Of a DNA stretch of 64,000 nt, positions 57,484 to 64,000 are shown one piece after another (the stretch's first letter is position 1; every line of letters begins with the position of its first letter). The stretch comes from Trichosphaerium sp. ATCC 40318 (lineage: Eukaryota > Protista > Tubulinea). A model generated the notes under the pieces. It worked only from the letters and a program-made list of their open reading frames with translations. It was not told where the DNA came from and searched no databases. Made by a program: the position numbers and the translations under genes. The stretch is taken from assembly GCA_038496445.1 (NCBI GenBank), contig JALMLS010000052.1:62001-126000 (forward strand), read 5' to 3'.

Positions 57484-60400
57484 TTAAACATTATAATGTG
57501 CCACTTGGTTACGTCTTCTACGTCTTGCAATACAAGCAAACAAACCAACAAGTGATACAACAATAACAATACCAGCAATTAGTAGAACATTGTGTTGAGA
57601 CCCAACAATCTTTGTTGTTGCGAAAGTACTTTTAACAGTAATCACGTGAGGTGTATCAGAACCAATAAGCTTATCTTCATAGTATATTTTGATAGGGAAA
57701 GATCCAGGCTTATCAATAGAGTATTTGACTACACAGAACATTAGAAGAAGAACAAGAAAAAGCGTTTGAGATCAAGTCGTGTTTTTTTTTTCCTTACCTT
57801 TGACAGAACCATCTTTTTGGAGCTCAGTGTGGAAAGTAGCTTCAGGTACTCCATTGTGAACATTAACAACCATGTTGCGAACAACAGTGTCACCGTTGGC
57901 GCCAACACCAACTAGAGTTTATGAGCGAAATGTAAAAGAATCTCGGTAGACGAATTTCTTCGTCAGAACTCTGCGTACCAAGTTTAAATGGGTAGTGTCC
58001 AGCGAAGGCATTGTTTGCCTTTACATTCAAAGTGTATGAGGATCCAGTCTTCTCGATGGAGTGTGAAAAGGCCTAATCGAAAAAATCAATGACAGAAAAA
58101 ACTAAAGGAGAGTGTTTCTTACGCTTGAAGGAAGACCTATTACACGAAGTGTGATATCATTTCTAGCAGCCTTGTTACCTCCTTTATCAAAAGAGAGGAC
58201 GTTGACTGTTGCTTTGCGTTCGCCTTTATTGTAAAGTTAGAAACCACAAGCAACGTTAACTATTTTCTTACCAGAATGTTCGCAAAAGTTCATTTCATCA
58301 CTGCTTGTCTTGATGTGGAACTCTGATGGGTTGAATTGGAACACGAACAATCCTGTGAAAAAATTGAAGGATTAGATTGTATAAACTATATTTGTTGTAG
58401 TCTAGTGGTTGTACCATTTTGGATATCATTAGAGATGATGTTACCACTTGGGAAGTATGGGTACAATGACCACTGACCATTGAAACCGCTTGAGTTTCCG
58501 TTGTATCCTGGAGCTGTATCAAGGAAACCAGCTTCGAACATCTCATTTGGTCTTGGGTCAGATACATCAAGAATACGAACACCAGCTTGGTAGTTAGATT
58601 GGAACACATGACCACCTATCAAAGAATGAGTTTTTCAAAAAAACCGAAAAAATCAGGAAAAAAAAACGGCATGTGTTTAGTGTCGTACCCAAAACGTAGT
58701 TGTTGTGTTGGCTTGATCTTGCGTTTTCGTGGTAATAGTATTGTGATTGACCTGGTTTTGCTTTTGGATCTTCTAGGTCAGAAACATCGAAAGTGTATGT
58801 ACGTCCAGTAGCACCAAGTTCGTCGTTCATAAATACAGTTTCTCTATCAGCTGTCACCCATCCTTGATGACAGTATGATACACCACCGTATCTGATTGTT
58901 CCAATAGTTTGGATATCTTGCTTGTTGGTGACATCTTTGATTGTCATACCGTATCCAGCATCAAAACAGAAGCAAATTTCTTTACCCTACAACTCAGTTT
59001 AGTTTTTGCTTATTAAAGTAGAAGAGATGGTGAAGGTTTTTCCTTTGTTTTTTCTTCCTTGTAAACGTACAGTGTATCTTGTATCAGGACCATTGTATAC
59101 CATACATTCGATATCGTGAGTGTATCGAGGACCTATTAGAATAGTTTAATGACTCATACTTTCGCAAATCAAAAACAACTTACTGTGGCAAGTGACGTAT
59201 TTTGGATCTTTAGGATCGTTAATATCTACAATGTAGATACCTCCACAGCTAGCGCCTGTAGCACCTACAATGTATGCATATCCTGTATCTTCATTGATGT
59301 AGATATTGTGAGAGTTCGTAAGGTCACGTGTGTAGTGAACATCTAAACAACAAAACAAATCAACAAAAAGCAGCAAAAAGACAAAAAACCAACAAAAAAA
59401 TGCTGGGTTAAACTCTTGCCTGGTTCCAACTTTTGAGGAGGATTAGAGATTGTTCTGAGTCTACCAAGATCAAATACTTGCATACCGTGGTCTATTTTGA
59501 TATCAAGTTAGCATGATAGCAAATGAGGATGGAATAAAACAAAAAACGTGTACCTCTAGATTCAGCAATGATAAACACGTGATCTTTGAAAACCTTGGCA
59601 TCTCTCCAAGTTACAGAAGCTAGAAAAGCCATTAATACGACATAATGTATTATTCACGCCGATATACGAAGAGAATTCCAAACACTGGGAAAAAGACGAA
59701 GTATAACAACAACGCTGTACGTACTTGTAGCAGTATCGATGTATGCAGTGTAAACAGGGTTAGCAGGATCAGTAATATCAACAAAAGCTGTTCCTGATGT
59801 CTGACAGACAATAGCCCATTCGCGACCGTTACTGTCAGTCCAGCCCCAAATATCATTACCACGTGTACCGCCCATTCTACGTTTAAAGTCAGTTTATGGT
59901 TTGGCTTATTTTTACGTACTGTGTATGGGATAGCTGGCTTATGAGTTTGATATTATCGGAGCATTGATAGATCTTTCCTCCAGCAGTGCATTCGGCTGCT
60001 TTAGCACCGTTATGTTCAGCTTCTTTTGCAATACCGCAAGACAACTCAAACTTAAACTTTGGTTCAGCGATCGTAGCATTGTTATCCCTATAATTTTACA
60101 TGAGCACGTGATTAATACTAGTAACTACTGTTAACGTACCATTTATCTTTTGGAATGATTGTAAACTCAGCTGACTCACCAGCAGTGGCGGTTGTTAGAC
60201 CTATTTTTGTTGGTTAAGAAAAAGTCACTTCTAGAAACTAAGAGCGTACCTTTGCCTACAGCTTTGGTGTGTTGTACAGATATTTCTTGAGATTCTTTTG
60301 GTGTGACTCCATATAGATGCATCTTCCAGTAGTTAAGGGTACCTTGGAATTCGTTCTTGACTCCATCAAATACAGACAAGACCCATTCACCTAAAACCTC

Positions 60401-61659
60401 GATTAGCTTTAAGTCATTCGACAAAGCATTTCTTACCGTTTGGATCAAGTCCCTTAAATGCTTCCAAAGCTTCCTTTGGTTGGTAGATACCCTGGATCGG
60501 TTTACGTTCAAGGTGGTGTGATCTCTTGGTGCCCAAATCGCGGAAAATCTCATTGGAACATACTAAGCAAAGTTCGTAAGTCACGTGACCAAAGAAAAGT
60601 TAAACGGTACCAGATTGGATATTCTTCTCAGCGTGGTCACTCAAAGTGATCCAATAGAAACCAGAAGGAGAGCAGTCAGGTCTAGCAAAGATTAAGAACA
60701 CCGCGAAGAAGATACCAAAGCAGATTTGTTTTGAAGGCGACGATAGATGTTCCGCTTCAATCAAACTCTTTTTTGGACGGAGAAACGTACTTGTTAACTA
60801 AAGTCACTTTTTTTCCGTTGTGTTCGAGAGTTATTGTTAGATCACCAACAGATCCTTTACACCCATAGTTAGCTATACAAAAAGGTAATGGCGATGCTAC
60901 ATACCGTGGTCAACTACCAATTCTAATTCAATACGATCCAATTTTCCTGTGAGTCCTTTTACGTTTGAAACATCGGATACTTTGGTATCTTCTGAAACAC
61001 TGTTTTACAAAAAAATGGAGGTGAGTTTGTTGGAAAAAAAAATATTGTTGTAGGAAATTTCTTACCTGACGTAAGGGTTGTTGTATGACGACCAACGTAA
61101 TGCTAATAAGGGGGATAGGTTAGAAGTGTGTACTAACGTTTAGCAAGTCCAAATGCGTACAGTTAGGAAGGCACATGTGAAGGTTGTGGATGCCACAAAT
61201 TTCATCTACGAAGCAGGTCAGCTTTCACGTGCTTTACAAAAAAATTGTAAAACTCTTCGTACCTTGCGTCTTTTTTGACTTTACCTCTTCGAACACCTCA
61301 TGTAAATGCGCTTTTACAAAGTGATGGCACTAAGCGAAAGTTTTGTCACGTGACGTTATAATTACCAAAACAACAAAAAAAAAAGCCGGAAACGAGCGAT
61401 TTCGGTTCTAGAGCGTGCCGAAAGGTTCAGCTATCTAGATGATGAATTAACGTACCTTGTACTTCAAGGCGTTATCAAGTTCATCGCATAGAACGTTTAA
61501 TGACTCAGCTGTTACTGCTTCATCTTCTTTGCTATCTGCGAACGCCTGAGTGTATGCTACAAGCCATTTACATGTAACACAGCTCTCAGCCTCTTTAGGG
61601 TATTGAGGTAACGCGAATACAACGCATAAAGCCACAAGGATTAGAGCCAAGCAGCGCAT
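57484..61659 (-). CDS. Type I membrane protein: saposin-B + convertase P-like domain + choice-of-anchor B (LVIVD) propeller + Ig/filamin-like + TM
   Basis: In-frame splicing from signal peptide MRCLALILVAL through CVTC..C..C..C..C (saposin), ELVVDH..GDLTITLEHNG (P domain), GNDIWGWTD, WRDAK, SHNIYINE, YCHQGW, HNNYV, SNYQAGVRILD, WSLYPYFPSG, to TM and RRRRR. Confidence 0.82.
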
Positions 61660-62399
61660 GTTGGGTTGAACTTTCAAATAACTGTTCCAAGCAAGTTTTA
61701 GTTTGACCGTATTTTTGGTCAAGGTGTAAACCACGTGATATTTGTTTTTTCCAAAAGTGATAATTTGATGTGTTTGCAAGCACCCTTCTCCGTAGTGGGT
61801 ACAAGTTTGTCTACTCTGTATGTAATTCAAATGGAGGACATCTATCACATAGACAATAACACAAATTTTGAAACTCAAGCAAGATTAGTCGATATAACCG
61901 CACGAAAGATAGATGTGTTAACGGCGTCTAAAAATCACGGGTAATATTTTTCTCCTACGAACCACAGATCTCTTCTTAGTTTATGCTATCAATAGTGTAC
62001 CATAAACGTTCCTTCATTGCAACGACAACGTCAATCCAAATAATGACTTCAAGCCACTTGTGTAGGATAGTCAATCCCTCGAGCCCACACACTGTTGATT
62101 AGTCCAAACGGTTTTATGCGTTGTTACATTCCGTTCGTAACCTGAAGAGTATTTAAAATATTGTTAGTAGACAAAGTTGACCAAAAATGCGCTCGAGTCT
62201 ATGTAAAACCTCAAAAACATTTATGAGGGAAAAAAAATGTTGTTGCAACTTTTTGCTACACTACAAACCAGGTTCGATACGACCAATTACATAAAAGGGC
62301 GATTATAAAGATTACTTATATAACAACCTCAGCACGCTATAATCGAAACTTAATGCAATTCAAAAAAAAAATACAACGTGATTTGTGTTAGTTGATTTA

Positions 62400-64000
62400 C
62401 TAATCGTGTACACAAGATGCCATTGTACAAGGATCGCACTGAGAAGTGTGCGTGTCAATATCAACTTTGCCAGTTCCCTAATTAGGTTAGAAAAAGCTGG
62501 GATTTACAAAAAAACAAAGAGTACCACTGGGAATTGTGTTGTATCTGTAATATACTTCAATGCACTGCAATCATCGTTGAGTTTTCCTTGAGCAAATGCT
62601 GTAACTGCGCCAGCCATGAATGCTCTGTATGCGCTATAATCAGCATCTTTGTTAGGGTTTGACGAACATATCAGCTCTAAACACAAAACATAAGAAATAA
62701 CCAAACAAAGGCAATGGTAAGTTTTCTTTCAACGGAAAAATAAATGTCAAATCAAAATGACATTAAAACAAGTTGGTTTTGAAATTTTGATTCTTCTTTA
62801 GGCTTACTGTCTGGTCCAAGCCAAAATGGATCCAAAAAGTCGCCGTGTCCCCTATATTACTTGTTAACAAAGGCTTCATTGACGAGCAAAAAGAAATACT
62901 GAAAAAAAAAAGGGAAACAAAACGACATACCATTCAGTTGCGTTCAGAGACCAGATAGGGCAATGCATTGCATTAAAAAACCGTGGGAAGTTCTTTGTTT
63001 TTGGCGCGCATGCAGGGAACATGCCATTTAAAGGTACAGGACCATATCCTTTAGAAAAGGTGTTAGTTTTACATAAAGCTATTTTGCTGCCTTGTCACTT
63101 TGTTACGCATTAAAAAAAACGACATGAGGTTCCCTAAAAGCGTACCACTTCCCAAAACCAACGTAGGTATTGTAAAATTAACCATCTGTGGTGGATGAAT
63201 GACATAGTAAGGTAAAATACCCCAAGGATCTTCACCGTCAACTGGATCAAGTAATATCGCTGCTTTTATGCCCTGACATCCGTCTTGTAATAGTCTTATA
63301 GCCTACAAAAAAGGTTAAAAATAATTTTCCAAAAATCACGTGACTGGACGCGAGATTTGGGAACTAAAATAAAAAAAGCAAAGTACCATTTTTCCTCCAG
63401 CTGAGTGACCTCCGATTGCCAGACGCGTAAAATCTGCAACTACAGCGTTTCCTGTGTTTTGTTGAGTGTATGCATCAATATTATCTCTACACCACTCCAT
63501 TACTTTCTCGGTATTGAAAGCAACCTTGTCAAAAGGTAACGAAGGGAAAGTATAAATACCAACCTACAAGAAAATAAATAAATAAAAACGGTAAATTATT
63601 TCCTCCGCGTTACGTTCACGTGTAAAATAACGATAAATGGTCTGAAAGTGTATTGTTAGGTCTTGTATGCACTCGCAGACTCAACCCAAGCCTTTGTTCA
63701 CACAGTCGAACAATTTTTTCGAAACGACAAAAAATACGGGTACTTTTTGTCATCGAAATGGCGTATCCACTACGTACCACTATGAATCCATGAGATGTGA
63801 CTTGGTTCATAAATTCGGTATAAGCGCTTACAGGGACATTTCCCGCCTAGTTTGAGCGTCAGAGCTATTTAATTAAAGCTTTTCTAAACTAGAAGAAATG
63901 TCGTCACGTACAAAAGCTGTAACTAAAATAATGATTGGATATTTTCCCGGTTCAGTTGGCACTGTGACTTCAATATCGTACACCAATCCCTTTAAAAGAG
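62400..64000 (-). CDS. Chlorophyllase-family alpha/beta hydrolase (5' end outside window)
   Basis: HGFIVV, GGHSAGGK nucleophile elbow, LLDPVDG, LGSG, PACAP, YGHGDFLDP. Confidence 0.8.

Overview
Gene-dense, AT-rich eukaryotic DNA with roughly 200 short spliceosomal introns by eye (mostly 35-100 nt, donors often GTACG/GTATG). The gene content (Frizzled/Smoothened-like GPCR, comF-type G8 protein, PAK-like kinase, mucin-stalked lectins) best fits a free-living amoebozoan; this is inference. The ORF track is fragmented by introns, so I rebuilt genes manually from splice sites: 18 protein genes (one truncated at the window edge), 2 probable pseudogene relics and 1 intronic snoRNA candidate. No rRNA, tRNA, CRISPR or transposase was seen. 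Top finding: an RRP6-type 3'-5' exonuclease whose spliced C-terminus adds a dsRNA-binding domain and a RIG-I-like C-terminal Zn domain, a candidate one-protein viral-RNA sensor-nuclease. Second: an alpha-2-macroglobulin/thioester protein (GCFEQ split by an intron) with no visible signal peptide, two SPRY domains, a poly-Pro/RGG bait and a U12 AT-AC intron. Also notable: two F-box-like/MORN_2 paralogs of giant-virus-like architecture sharing an upstream 14-mer; an intronic H/ACA RNA matching LSU helix 69; a saposin/P-domain/choice-of-anchor-B fusion; and strong CACGTG enrichment in introns. All domain calls are by-eye motif recognition, not database searches.
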